A DNA stretch of 62,900 bases from a virus. Lineage: Duplodnaviria > Heunggongvirae > Uroviricota > Caudoviricetes. Location of the stretch: the IMG/VR virus record IMGVR_UViG_3300001605_000009. One strand, 5' to 3'. The translations under genes were made by a program, and so were the position numbers. The notes under the pieces were generated by a model, which ran no database searches, was not told where the DNA came from, and saw only the letters and a program-made list of their open reading frames with translations. Every line of letters starts with the position of its first letter. The first letter of the stretch is position 1. Below, one piece after another: positions 53,909-62,900 of the stretch.

Positions 53909-56900
53909 TTAAAAGAATGCTAGAAATGCTCCTAACTTCTTTATAGCGCCAATAATAGACCCTGTTATATAACTGATTGATAAATAATTAGGACTTGTTC
54001 CTGTAAAAGAAAGACCCGTATTATTCCCTCCATTCGTACTATTAGCTCCTACATTCCACGCTGTTGACTTTTTAAGAATCGCCGGAGTAGTGTTCGTAGA
54101 AGTTATAGTTACTAAGGAACTTGAATCCCCACTTATATTGAAACTACTAAATGTCTGAGTTGATCCACCTTCAAATTTTATAGTAGTAGGTTTCACTGTA
54201 TTACTCATAGTATCAAAAGTATTGTTACCATAGATTGACAGAGTGCTTCTTTGTAACGTGGTAGAAGATGGAGTAACAGTAAAGTTATTATATGTCTGGT
54301 CACCTCCATAGAATTGGTATTCTACTGGTATTGAATAGGTAGTACATATGATATTGGCCGTGCCTTTATCTAATGTAAGATTAGTGGGATCGCTTATATC
54401 CCAACCAAATATTGGTATTAATGCAGAATACGCGCTCACATCTATTAAATATTGAAGATATGTAAGGTTATATGGTACTATAGTCCAATTACCAGACCCC
54501 ATTATCAGGGCTCTACTTGAAGTGTAACTACTACTAAATTCTGGTACAGTAACATCATATCCATTAGCATTAAATGTTCCGGCCTTTAATATCATCCCTC
54601 CAGTAGTGTTCAGAGTAGCGCCATAAGAATAATAGGCGAGATTTATAGCACTACCTAGCTGATAAATTGCTCCTGGACAGTTGAATGTTAGAAACGCGCC
54701 ACAAGCATTACTTGTAGTGTTGATAGTTAATGTCTTAGTTCCAGAGGTTGCCAAGAAATTAACAAAGCCAGTCAGAACAGCAGAGTTGTTAGTCATATTA
54801 CCGTAGATATTAACTTTTGATGCCATATTGTACGTACCAGTGAATCCTGTATCGTTATAGTTACGAATAGAAGGTACTCCACCTGTACTAAATGAGATTA
54901 TATCTGAACCAGCAGTAATATTTATATCAAAACAGGTAGTCTCTGTCATTCCAGGAGCAAATATAGTTCTAGTCCCCGTGCTTCCAGAATAAGTCAAATT
55001 CACAGTTGGTATACCTGTGTAATTAAAGTTCCCACCACTTACCTCCATATAAAGTATAGTACCGTTATTACCAGTAATATTTATAGCACTACTACCGAAT
55101 GCAATAGCTGGAAAGTCATATATAGAGGCAGATACAGCAGGCTGTAGCGAAGAAACTGTAGCAGTAAATCCATTCAAGTCTAGTGTACCAGTATAAATAG
55201 ATACAGTACCACTACAAGTCAGCGCTGAGCCTAGCTTAGTTGTACCAGAATTAGTGTTATATACATTTATACCTGTAGGCCATGTAACTCCTGCAGAAGT
55301 AATAGTTTGAGTAGCCCCACTTTTATTAAATGTTACTACTCCTGTTCCTGTTATTGTTAGTCCAGAGTATAGAGTGACATTTCCATATATATCAGGAGAT
55401 GTTGTACCAATAGCTAAAGTAGAAGCTGTTGTTCTAGAAGAGTAATTTAAAGTACCAATGTTCCAGTTGGCATTTATTGTAAGCGTACTTGCAACACCCG
55501 TATTAGTGAATGTTGCAGTATCTTGAGCTAATGGGAAGTTAGCTACTGCAGGAGTACCCGCTGCTGTTGTTGCCCAAGCTGTTGCAGTCCAAAGAGAATT
55601 ACCCAATAAGTTCCAATACACAGTTTTAGGAGTAGATGTGGTAATATTAGTGTTGTTTCCACAATCTCCAAGCCTTATTCCTGTCCAAGTACCTGCAGCT
55701 CCTGCAGCTGTAATATCCCTGAAGTCTACATCAGTAAGGGCAGATATTGCATTTGCTGTTATTGTTCTAGCAGTACCTTGAGTATTAGATTGTAGGAAAG
55801 TTCTATAGATTGCTGACGTGCCGGCCCCAATAGTAAGTGTACCGTTGACAGTTTGATTACCTCCACCAAATATGACTTGACTAATACCCACACTTCCAGT
55901 ACGTCCAGCTATATTTAAATTATTGAAAGTATTAACTCCAGTAATATTAGCAGTGTTAATTGCTGTATTATTAAATGTTACATTATAGTATGTTTTATCC
56001 CCGCCAGTGAAGGTAGGAGTAGTAGAAGTTAATACTATTGTAGAGGTACCGGCATTTATAGTATTTGTAGACAGTGCTTGCCATGCCGTTCCAGTAGCGG
56101 ATAGTGTCACTGTAGAACCATTTAAGTTTATAGTGGCATACTCACTTGCATTAATAGTTGTTGCGGATACAGAGTAGTTAGAAGTGTCAAGATTTCCTAC
56201 AAGATTTATAGCATTAGTTGAGGTAAATGCTCCGCCCAATAACACTGTAGTTGATGGGCTGTAGGATGCTATCGCGATAGGAAATGATTTTCCTGCAGTA
56301 TTTAAGGTTTGTGTTTTGGTATACCCCAAAAAGGCTAACTGTCCTGTAAGTGTTGTTGGCGTTACACCCGTTCCTAGTATAAAATCACTGTATACAAATT
56401 GAGTACTACTACCAAAAGCTAGCGTCATTACGGTTGTTCTGGCAGACATATTGATAGTACCCGTATTATATAGACCATCAAAGGTAACAGTAGTTGCTGC
56501 GCCAGTATTATCAAATATAGCAGTATCTTGAGCCAATGGAAAGTTATTTACAGCAGGAGTTCCACCAGAACTGGTGGCCCAACCATTAGCAGACCAATTT
56601 ACAGTTCCAGTTAGATTCCAATAGACAGTTTTAGAGGACTCAAATGTAATATTAGAGTTATTCCCACAATCACCAAGTCTGGTACCAGACCAATTTCCTG
56701 AGGTACCTGCTACTACAATATCTCTGAAGTCAACATCTACTAATGAACTAATCGCAGCAACAGTTAGCGTGATTTGGGTATCAAACACCTGACTAAGTAG
56801 CCAAGTTCTGTATGCTGGACCAGTTCCTGCTCCTATATTAAGAGTTCCATTAATAGTCTGATTAGCATTAAATTGTAAATAATTAACCCCAGTAACTGTT

Positions 56901-59900
56901 CTTCCAGCAATCGTAAGATTGTTAAATACATTGCTACCTCTAATACTATTAACGACTGATTCAGCGGAACCACCTGAGGTAAAACTTACATTATAATAGG
57001 TTTGTTCGCCTCCATTAAATGATTGACTGGCAGCACTCAAGTTAATCGTTGATGTTCCACTTGATAAAGTAAGACCTGTTGGTACCGTAATATCCCACCC
57101 ACCAGAAGATAAAGTAATAGTTGAAGACCCCAAAGTCAACGATCTGGTATTACTATTACTACTAGAAACAGATCCTGCAGTAACATTAAAGTTACTAGTG
57201 CTGAACGAGCCGTTAGTTAGCGTTAATGTGTATGTACTTAAATTGATAGCGTCAGCAAGAGTCCACTCTCCGCCAATACCATTGAATGTAATTGGACACC
57301 CCAATGCTTTACCACTAGAAGTGATTATTTTACCGGCAGATGTTGATGCAAATGTTCTCACACCTGCGCCAGCAGTAACAGTCATGCCTGTTGATAACGT
57401 CAGATTACCGTAGATTGTAATGGCACTATTTGGCCAAGTACCCGCAAAACCAGTAAATACTAGATTTCTTACGTTTCCAGTAACAGTAGTAGAGCTTGTT
57501 CCTGCGGTGATATTAAACGATACACTGTTAGATTCAGATGGAGAACCCGCGATAATAGTTCTAGCTGTTGCAGTAGCGTTAGTTACGTTTACAATAGGAG
57601 TTCCTGTTACTGTCATATTGTATACGTTTGTAGCATCCCATACTGTACCAGTCCCATTAAGAGTTAAGGAGCCATAATTAAAAGCTAAGGTTCTTGCGCT
57701 GTTTGAATTTGTTATAAAAGCAGGACATGAATGATTATTTCCATTCAAATCTAAATATCCAGCCGCAAGTCTTATAGTACTAGTAGAAGTAGTACCAGTT
57801 GATAACTGACCAGTAAGAGTCCATCGTCCAAACAGTCCATTAAAAACTATAGGGAATCCTAGGGTTTTTCCATTTGGATTAATAGTATTACCAGTATATG
57901 TTGATAAGAATGAAACAGTATTCGTACCAGCAGCCACTGTCATTCCAGTTGATACAGTAAGACTTCCATAAATTCCTAACGCTACATTAGTCCATGAGCC
58001 TGCAAATCCAGTGAAGTCTAGGTTTTTTATTCTGTTATTAGCAGTGAACGTAACAGGGCCAGTTCCTGCAGTGATATTAAAGGAAAAAGCATAATCTTCC
58101 GACCATACTCCGGCAGAGATCGTCCTAGTAAGAGATGTAACGGCAGTGACATCTACTCTTCTTAGGCCAGAAGTAGTTAAATTAGTTACTGTAGCAGTAT
58201 TCCAAATAGTACCAGTTCCCTCTAGTTTTAAATACCCAGTAGACCCAAACATAATAGACCTAGTATTAGAATTACTAGATGAAAAGGAATTTAGAGATAA
58301 AGAGTACTCATTTAAATCAAGTGTACCATTAGTTAGCGTAAGCGACCCCATTCCTGTATTAGTAACATTTACTTTTATTGTACTGTTGTAGGCGTCTATA
58401 TTAGTAATATTTGTAGGTTGATAGCCTACTAATTGGATTTTATTTACTCCGATATAATTTAAAGTACAGCCGATACCCGCAGAAACACCCATCATATTAT
58501 TATTACTTCCACACCAGTAAGTAGTAGTCGTGCCATAGGATAAGGTAAAAAGAGTCGATCTAGCGGTGGTATCATAAGTACCAATATACCAATTCTGATC
58601 AAGAGTAAGAGTACTCCCAGCACTATTGTCATCCACAATACACGTATCTTGTACTAATGGAAAATTAGCAGCATCTGGGGTGCCACCAGAAGTCAATGCC
58701 CAGCCTGGTGAAGACCAGTTACTAACTCCTGGACGGTTCCAATATACGGTTTTTGGCGCTGCAAATGTGATGAGAGAGTTTCCTCCTGCGTCACCTAAAC
58801 TAGTGCCGGACCATGTAGCTGTCCCAGATCCTGTAATGTAGCGAAAGTCTACATTCGAAAGGTCCGTTGAAGCTGCGGTAATAACTCTAGGGCTGCCTGT
58901 TTGGTTACTTTGTAGTAATGTTCGATTTAGTAGTTCAGTACTAGATACAGTTAATGTACTAGTAATTACTACATCACCACCTAAATATGTAGGCGTTACT
59001 CCTACTGAGTCCCTGGCTGGGATATTTAAATTAATAAAAGTTATGGTAGGAGAAGGACTATTAACTGAACTACCAATACTATATCCAAATGTATTTGCAG
59101 TAAAATTAACAGTACCAAAACTCTGCCCATCTGGAAGAAAGTTTACAATAGCCGCAGTATGCGTACAATTAATAGTAGATGAAATACCACTAAAAGTTAG
59201 CTCTGTTGAGTTAAAAGTTATAGGTGACTGCCCATTTAGTGTTACAGTAGAAGTACCTAATGTTATTGATCTAATGTTAGAATTACTAGACGAAATACTG
59301 CCCGCAGTTACATTATAGTTACCTGTGTCAAACGAACCCTTAGTGACTGTGATTTGATTCGTTCCAATATTCAACGCATCTTGCAGAGTCCACCCACCAC
59401 CAACACCATCAAAAGTAGCAGGGCCGTTTAATGTGACGCCATTAGATGTAATGGTCTTACCTGTAGAAGTGGCTGCGAATGTAAGTGATGTATACGCGGC
59501 TACTGTTTGACCAGTTCCAAGAGTCAGGTTTCCATATATAGTACCCGCTGTTGGAATCCATGCTCCACTAAACCCAGTGAAGTCTAGATTCTTAAAGGTA
59601 CTCGTGCTGGTTGATACGTTTCCTGTTCCGGCTGTGACATTTACAGATGCTTCAGAGAGTGCACCTGTGGTAATTGTTCTGGCTGTTGCTGATGAGTTAG
59701 TCAGATTGACTGTAGGGAACCCCGATATAGCTATAGAAGAGGTCGTATTGAATACTGTGCCAGTTCCCGATAATGATACAATACCCGATGTACCAAAATT
59801 TAGTGTTCTAGCAGACAGACCAGTAGAAACGAATAATCCCGTTGTGAGTGTGAAGTTATTCAGGTTTAATGTACCAGAGTTTAACGTGGTAGTTCTAGTC

Positions 59901-60883
59901 GAACCTACGGTAAACGCATCCTGAAGTGTCCATACACCTGTACCATTAAAGTTAATGGGAAAATCTAATAATTTACCATTGGTTGTAATTGTTCTACTGA
60001 CATTTGCAAAAAATGTCCAGGCTCTTGTACCCGCAGTCAGTATCATAGTAGGGGATAATATTAAATTTCCATATATGCTTATAGCAATATTACTTACAGT
60101 ACCGCTAAATCCAGTAAAGTTTAAATTGTTCACGCGATTGTCTGCGGTGAAAGTAACAATATCTGTTCCGGCAGTAAAGTTAAAACTTAATTCAGTAGCA
60201 TTCGCTCCCGCATTTATAGTTCTTGTCCCAGTAGATCCAGAATAAGTGCAGTTAATTGTCGGTGTTCCAGAAACTTTTAATCCAGTTTGAGTAGCTGCAT
60301 CAAAAATAGTTGTACCAGAGCCAGTAAGCGTTAAGTCTCCAGTACCAAAGTTAAATGTTCTCGTAGTAGATCCGGAGATATTGGCTGTTAACGCGGTAAA
60401 TTTATTAGTGCCTATCGATAGAGTACCCACCGTAAGGGTAAGTGTACTGCTCGTAGAAAATGCCCCGTTTAGGGTAACTGTAATAGAGTTGCCATTTACT
60501 ACTACAGGACTACTAATTATTGAAGTACCAGTATTACATATAGCAGTGGTACCATTGAAGGATAGTGAGCCTGTGTTTGTCCAATTAATAGTTCCAGAAA
60601 TAGTAAGTCCAGAAGTAGTCACAGATATATTACTTGATCCATTAAAAGTCAAAGTGCCTGCTGATGGGTTTGCCATATTAATACCAAGAACTGATGTAGT
60701 AGCAGTTCTTGTTACTGTGTAGGATGCTCCAGACCCTGCAACATTAGACTCAGAGTCAAAAATGGCAACATCGGCAGTAGTTGGAACGGCAGCACCTCCA
60801 GTTCCTCCAGATGTAAGTGACCAATTAGTTGTGTTCGTAGCATCCCAGGTACCTGTGCCGCCTACCCAATATTTATTAGCCAT
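53909..60883 (-). CDS. giant Thr/Gly/Asn/Ser-rich repeat protein, beta-helix/adhesin-like putative virion fibre
   Basis: 2324 aa; recurring TVYWN..W..SGGTP..FPL.QD, KNLDFTGF.G, DVDFR.I..G..W.G..LGD.G.N repeats; no signal peptide seen. Confidence 0.8.
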   Translation of the reverse strand: MANKYWVGGTGTWDATNTTNWSLTSGGTGGAAVPTTADVAIFDSESNVAGSGASYTVTRTATTSVLGINMANPSAGTLTFNGSSNISVTTSGLTISGTINWTNTGSLSFNGTTAICNTGTSIISSPVVVNGNSITVTLNGAFSTSSTLTLTVGTLSIGTNKFTALTANISGSTTRTFNFGTGDLTLTGSGTTIFDAATQTGLKVSGTPTINCTYSGSTGTRTINAGANATELSFNFTAGTDIVTFTADNRVNNLNFTGFSGTVSNIAISIYGNLILSPTMILTAGTRAWTFFANVSRTITTNGKLLDFPINFNGTGVWTLQDAFTVGSTRTTTLNSGTLNLNNFTLTTGLFVSTGLSARTLNFGTSGIVSLSGTGTVFNTTSSIAISGFPTVNLTNSSATARTITTGALSEASVNVTAGTGNVSTSTSTFKNLDFTGFSGAWIPTAGTIYGNLTLGTGQTVAAYTSLTFAATSTGKTITSNGVTLNGPATFDGVGGGWTLQDALNIGTNQITVTKGSFDTGNYNVTAGSISSSNSNIRSITLGTSTVTLNGQSPITFNSTELTFSGISSTINCTHTAAIVNFLPDGQSFGTVNFTANTFGYSIGSSVNSPSPTITFINLNIPARDSVGVTPTYLGGDVVITSTLTVSSTELLNRTLLQSNQTGSPRVITAASTDLSNVDFRYITGSGTATWSGTSLGDAGGNSLITFAAPKTVYWNRPGVSNWSSPGWALTSGGTPDAANFPLVQDTCIVDDNSAGSTLTLDQNWYIGTYDTTARSTLFTLSYGTTTTYWCGSNNNMMGVSAGIGCTLNYIGVNKIQLVGYQPTNITNIDAYNSTIKVNVTNTGMGSLTLTNGTLDLNEYSLSLNSFSSSNSNTRSIMFGSTGYLKLEGTGTIWNTATVTNLTTSGLRRVDVTAVTSLTRTISAGVWSEDYAFSFNITAGTGPVTFTANNRIKNLDFTGFAGSWTNVALGIYGSLTVSTGMTVAAGTNTVSFLSTYTGNTINPNGKTLGFPIVFNGLFGRWTLTGQLSTGTTSTSTIRLAAGYLDLNGNNHSCPAFITNSNSARTLAFNYGSLTLNGTGTVWDATNVYNMTVTGTPIVNVTNATATARTIIAGSPSESNSVSFNITAGTSSTTVTGNVRNLVFTGFAGTWPNSAITIYGNLTLSTGMTVTAGAGVRTFASTSAGKIITSSGKALGCPITFNGIGGEWTLADAINLSTYTLTLTNGSFSTSNFNVTAGSVSSSNSNTRSLTLGSSTITLSSGGWDITVPTGLTLSSGTSTINLSAASQSFNGGEQTYYNVSFTSGGSAESVVNSIRGSNVFNNLTIAGRTVTGVNYLQFNANQTINGTLNIGAGTGPAYRTWLLSQVFDTQITLTVAAISSLVDVDFRDIVVAGTSGNWSGTRLGDCGNNSNITFESSKTVYWNLTGTVNWSANGWATSSGGTPAVNNFPLAQDTAIFDNTGAATTVTFDGLYNTGTINMSARTTVMTLAFGSSTQFVYSDFILGTGVTPTTLTGQLAFLGYTKTQTLNTAGKSFPIAIASYSPSTTVLLGGAFTSTNAINLVGNLDTSNYSVSATTINASEYATINLNGSTVTLSATGTAWQALSTNTINAGTSTIVLTSTTPTFTGGDKTYYNVTFNNTAINTANITGVNTFNNLNIAGRTGSVGISQVIFGGGNQTVNGTLTIGAGTSAIYRTFLQSNTQGTARTITANAISALTDVDFRDITAAGAAGTWTGIRLGDCGNNTNITTSTPKTVYWNLLGNSLWTATAWATTAAGTPAVANFPLAQDTATFTNTGVASTLTINANWNIGTLNYSSRTTASTLAIGTTSPDIYGNVTLYSGLTITGTGVVTFNKSGATQTITSAGVTWPTGINVYNTNSGTTKLGSALTCSGTVSIYTGTLDLNGFTATVSSLQPAVSASIYDFPAIAFGSSAINITGNNGTILYMEVSGGNFNYTGIPTVNLTYSGSTGTRTIFAPGMTETTCFDINITAGSDIISFSTGGVPSIRNYNDTGFTGTYNMASKVNIYGNMTNNSAVLTGFVNFLATSGTKTLTINTTSNACGAFLTFNCPGAIYQLGSAINLAYYSYGATLNTTGGMILKAGTFNANGYDVTVPEFSSSYTSSRALIMGSGNWTIVPYNLTYLQYLIDVSAYSALIPIFGWDISDPTNLTLDKGTANIICTTYSIPVEYQFYGGDQTYNNFTVTPSSTTLQRSTLSIYGNNTFDTMSNTVKPTTIKFEGGSTQTFSSFNISGDSSSLVTITSTNTTPAILKKSTAWNVGANSTNGGNNTGLSFTGTSPNYLSISYITGSIIGAIKKLGAFLAFF

Positions 60884-61124
60884 TTAGTATCTCTCCTTGG
60901 ATTAATACATCCACTGGAGAGGCTTCTTCTGGGGCAACATATGTAATAATAGTAATCCAGTTATCAAATCGCTCTTGTTTCATAACTTCAATTTGCTCAG
61001 GAGCTGTAGCAGCATAGTTTTCTTGAGTAAAGTATAGTGCGTCCCTATAATTATTAGTTCCGTCTGTTTTCTCGAAAATAATACGAATCATACCATCTTC
61101 AGTTGTTTCAATAATGTCTGTCAT
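60876..61124 (-). CDS. small acidic protein coupled to the giant gene (chaperone candidate)
   Basis: 82 aa, stop overlaps the start region of the giant ORF. Confidence 0.7.
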   Translation of the reverse strand: MTDIIETTEDGMIRIIFEKTDGTNNYRDALYFTQENYAATAPEQIEVMKQERFDNWITIITYVAPEEASPVDVLIQGEILNG

Positions 61125-61133
61125 AAATACTCC

Positions 61134-61622
61134 TTAAAATCCAAAATTAGTAGCAATTAATTCCCACTTACTAGTATTGCTGTTATACATAAAACCAATA
61201 TAGTCAGTCTTACTTGAGCCAGTGGTGGTAGTTGGTAATGGCAGGTCAGTAGACCCGATAAATATCGCATTCCATGAGAATGTCTGGATATTTGTAGACT
61301 TTACTCTTAATAATAGCTTATCTCCATTTTTAAGTGTTCCTGTAGGTGCATTAACTGTTAATGTACCAGCAGCTTGAGTATTTATTTGATACGCTAAATC
61401 AGTAGTATCAACATTTATAGATACACTAGCTCCATCCGCTATTAAAGTATCATTAGTGGAACCAGTTGTAGCTCCTATCTCGACAATACTTGGAGTACCA
61501 TCATCTTTCTTAATAAAAAGCTTGCCATCATTTGTATTGATGGCAAGCTGTCCTAGTTCCAGATCAGTAGTGGTAGGCACTTTACCAGGTACTGCTGATC
61601 TTTTAAATTTTATATCTGCCAT
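61134..61622 (-). CDS. fibre-like protein with Mtd_N/hyaluronidase-N-like N-terminus
   Basis: IKFKRS..P...L..GQLAINT.DGKLFI; beta-rich C-terminal domain. Confidence 0.7.
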   Translation of the reverse strand: MADIKFKRSAVPGKVPTTTDLELGQLAINTNDGKLFIKKDDGTPSIVEIGATTGSTNDTLIADGASVSINVDTTDLAYQINTQAAGTLTVNAPTGTLKNGDKLLLRVKSTNIQTFSWNAIFIGSTDLPLPTTTTGSSKTDYIGFMYNSNTSKWELIATNFGF

Positions 61623-61661
61623 GTGGCTCCTGTAATCCTGCTATATAGCACAGGGTCTTTA

Positions 61662-62114
61662 CTAGAATGTTCCTAGATCAATTGTTCCGACTGCTAAAGT
61701 TACATAACCACTTGCAGCATCTTTAGTCCAGCTCATTGATGTGCTCATACGAACTATGCCATCAGTACCATCGGTTCCCCAGATATAACCAGCAGTTCCA
61801 CCTGAAACTACAGCTACTTTCTCATCTGAGGAAGCGGCTGGAATATTCAATGCTGTTTTAAAGTCATTGAAAAGCATCTTCTTTTCCTTGACACCCGTAG
61901 CACTAGCATCATGAATAAGAATAAGATCCGCAGCGCCATCAATAGCTGCTAGTGTAACTAGATCATCAACTGGTGGGACAATCGGAAGTGTTGTTGTAGC
62001 ATCTGTAGCTACGTGTAGTGTACCACGATCTGTGGTAAATAGTTGTTCACCCGCTAGTAGTGCTGATGTAGGTAGATTAGCCTTTAGGCCTCTTTTAATT
62101 TGAACTCTTGCCAT
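61662..62114 (-). CDS. fibre-like protein with Mtd_N-like N-terminus
   Basis: VQIKRG..A......GE..FTTD...L.V; ends IDLGTF. Confidence 0.72.
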   Translation of the reverse strand: MARVQIKRGLKANLPTSALLAGEQLFTTDRGTLHVATDATTTLPIVPPVDDLVTLAAIDGAADLILIHDASATGVKEKKMLFNDFKTALNIPAASSDEKVAVVSGGTAGYIWGTDGTDGIVRMSTSMSWTKDAASGYVTLAVGTIDLGTF

Positions 62115-62117
62115 GTT

Positions 62118-62426
62118 TTACTCGAATGTGCCGCAATCAAGCGGTCCTGAGATATCCGTTGCCGGAATATCTGAAACTGCGGTGAAAGCGTCCTGCCCCA
62201 CACCTTTAATATATCCTGTGAACTGTGTTCCACCTGTTCCTCCTTGAGGAACCTGTGACACATCATTCGTTTTTACAAACGACGAATAGCCGTCGGGATC
62301 AGTCCCGACGGCTAGTCTATCTTCATCTGTAATTAAGTAAGGCTCGCCGTCTTTTAGTTGTCCGGCTGCCTTAGCAGCCTCTATCTGAGCGCGCGTACCT
62401 CGTTTTATCTGTATAGTATGTACCAT
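62118..62426 (-). CDS. fibre-like protein with Mtd_N-like N-terminus
   Basis: IQIKRGT.A..L.DGEP..ITD..RL.VG, V.QGGTG; ends LDCGTFE. Confidence 0.72.
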   Translation of the reverse strand: MVHTIQIKRGTRAQIEAAKAAGQLKDGEPYLITDEDRLAVGTDPDGYSSFVKTNDVSQVPQGGTGGTQFTGYIKGVGQDAFTAVSDIPATDISGPLDCGTFE

Positions 62427-62473
62427 AGGTCACTATAACGTACCGAAGAGTACGTGCTTGCTTTTAAGCAGTG

Positions 62474-62659
62474 TTAGCGCTTGGCCCCAGCAGAACATAC
62501 AATAATATGCAACCAAAACGCTGCGGCCCAGTTCCAGAAGGTCAGGGCGATCGAGGTATTAAATAGGTGATTAATCGCTAGAATGCTCAGCCAGGGAGCA
62601 ACCACGAACAATCCAATAAGAGCTGCAATGAAAGCTGTGATAAGTAAAGATTTTAACAT
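62474..62659 (-). CDS. small membrane protein
   Basis: 61 aa, highly hydrophobic. Confidence 0.65.
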   Translation of the reverse strand: MLKSLLITAFIAALIGLFVVAPWLSILAINHLFNTSIALTFWNWAAAFWLHIIVCSAGAKR

Positions 62660-62663
62660 ATTT

Positions 62664-62692
62664 TTTATACCTCAAAATGGTTTGAAAGTCAA
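62664..62692 (-). promoter_or_regulatory. sigma70-like promoter upstream of the fibre cassette
   Basis: AAAAATAGC-TTGACT-17 nt-TATAAA. Confidence 0.75.
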
Positions 62693-62715
62693 GCTATTTT
62701 TTAACGGGTCTAGGA

Positions 62716-62900
62716 CTAAGTAAGTTTGACTGGAAGCTCTGTGAGAGCCAAGTCCCTGTCTAGGAACTTATATTCAATCTTATTTGGCTTGAAGAATTCT
62801 GTGATCTTACTAGCAACTAGAGGTACGTCAATCCATGAGCAAGAGTATAAGTCTAGCTGCAGAACTGTATTGTCGTCGTCCTCAAATGTGTGAAGCATTA
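62716..62900 (-). CDS. speD: S-adenosylmethionine decarboxylase-like protein, 3' part (cut by window edge)
   Basis: LHTF..LQLD.YSC..F.P pattern of the AdoMetDC C-terminal half; the SH cleavage motif would lie beyond the window. Confidence 0.6.
   Translation of the reverse strand, partial: MLHTFEDDDNTVLQLDLYSCSWIDVPLVASKITEFFKPNKIEYKFLDRDLALTELPVKLT

Noticed and set aside
61639-61650. Perfect 12-bp palindrome TGCTATATAGCA before the RBS of 61134-61622
   Set aside because: Single copy and short; could be an operator or small hairpin but there is no second site to support it
61134-62426. Diversity-generating retroelement suggested by Mtd_N-like domains
   Set aside because: No reverse transcriptase, Avd, template/variable repeat pair or C-type lectin domain visible in the window
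1-62900. CRISPR array, integrase/repressor, IS elements, rRNA
   Set aside because: No regularly spaced direct repeats, recombinase or transposase motifs, or rRNA-like sequence seen

Overview
A 62.9-kb slice of a lytic, T5-like (Demerecviridae-type gene order) long-tailed dsDNA phage genome. An alphaproteobacterial host is inferred, not proven, from the B12-dependent class II RNR, CTTGAC-type -35 boxes, apparent leaderless mRNAs and a high-GC fibre segment. Left to right: small leftward early-type genes (1-3085); a rightward late operon (TerS, holin/endolysin, TerL, HNH, portal, fused protease-capsid, neck, tail tube, chaperones, tape measure, a free-standing endonuclease, Dit, a frameshift-broken hub, tail fibre; 3223-32247); a leftward replication block (NrdJ, D15/D14/D13/D12/D11/D10 homologues, PhoH, 2OG oxygenase, Pol A, primase, helicase, D5, split NAD ligase, D3; 32287-51419); a six-tRNA cluster with an unexplained CCA-ending structured RNA (51499-53813); and a stand-alone fibre-like cassette with a 2324-aa repeat protein and three Mtd_N-like proteins (53909-62426). 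Best leads: (1) the ~142-nt CCA-ending RNA carrying an acceptor-like microhelix, (2) tRNAs with recurrent stem mismatches, including a long-variable-arm tRNA with a UAU anticodon, (3) the displaced modular fibre cassette with shared C-terminal DxGxF motifs, (4) a protease-capsid fusion with an internal RBS, (5) a probable +1 frameshift at TTT-CGT in the tail chaperone. All product calls come from motifs read by eye plus synteny; no database searches were run.
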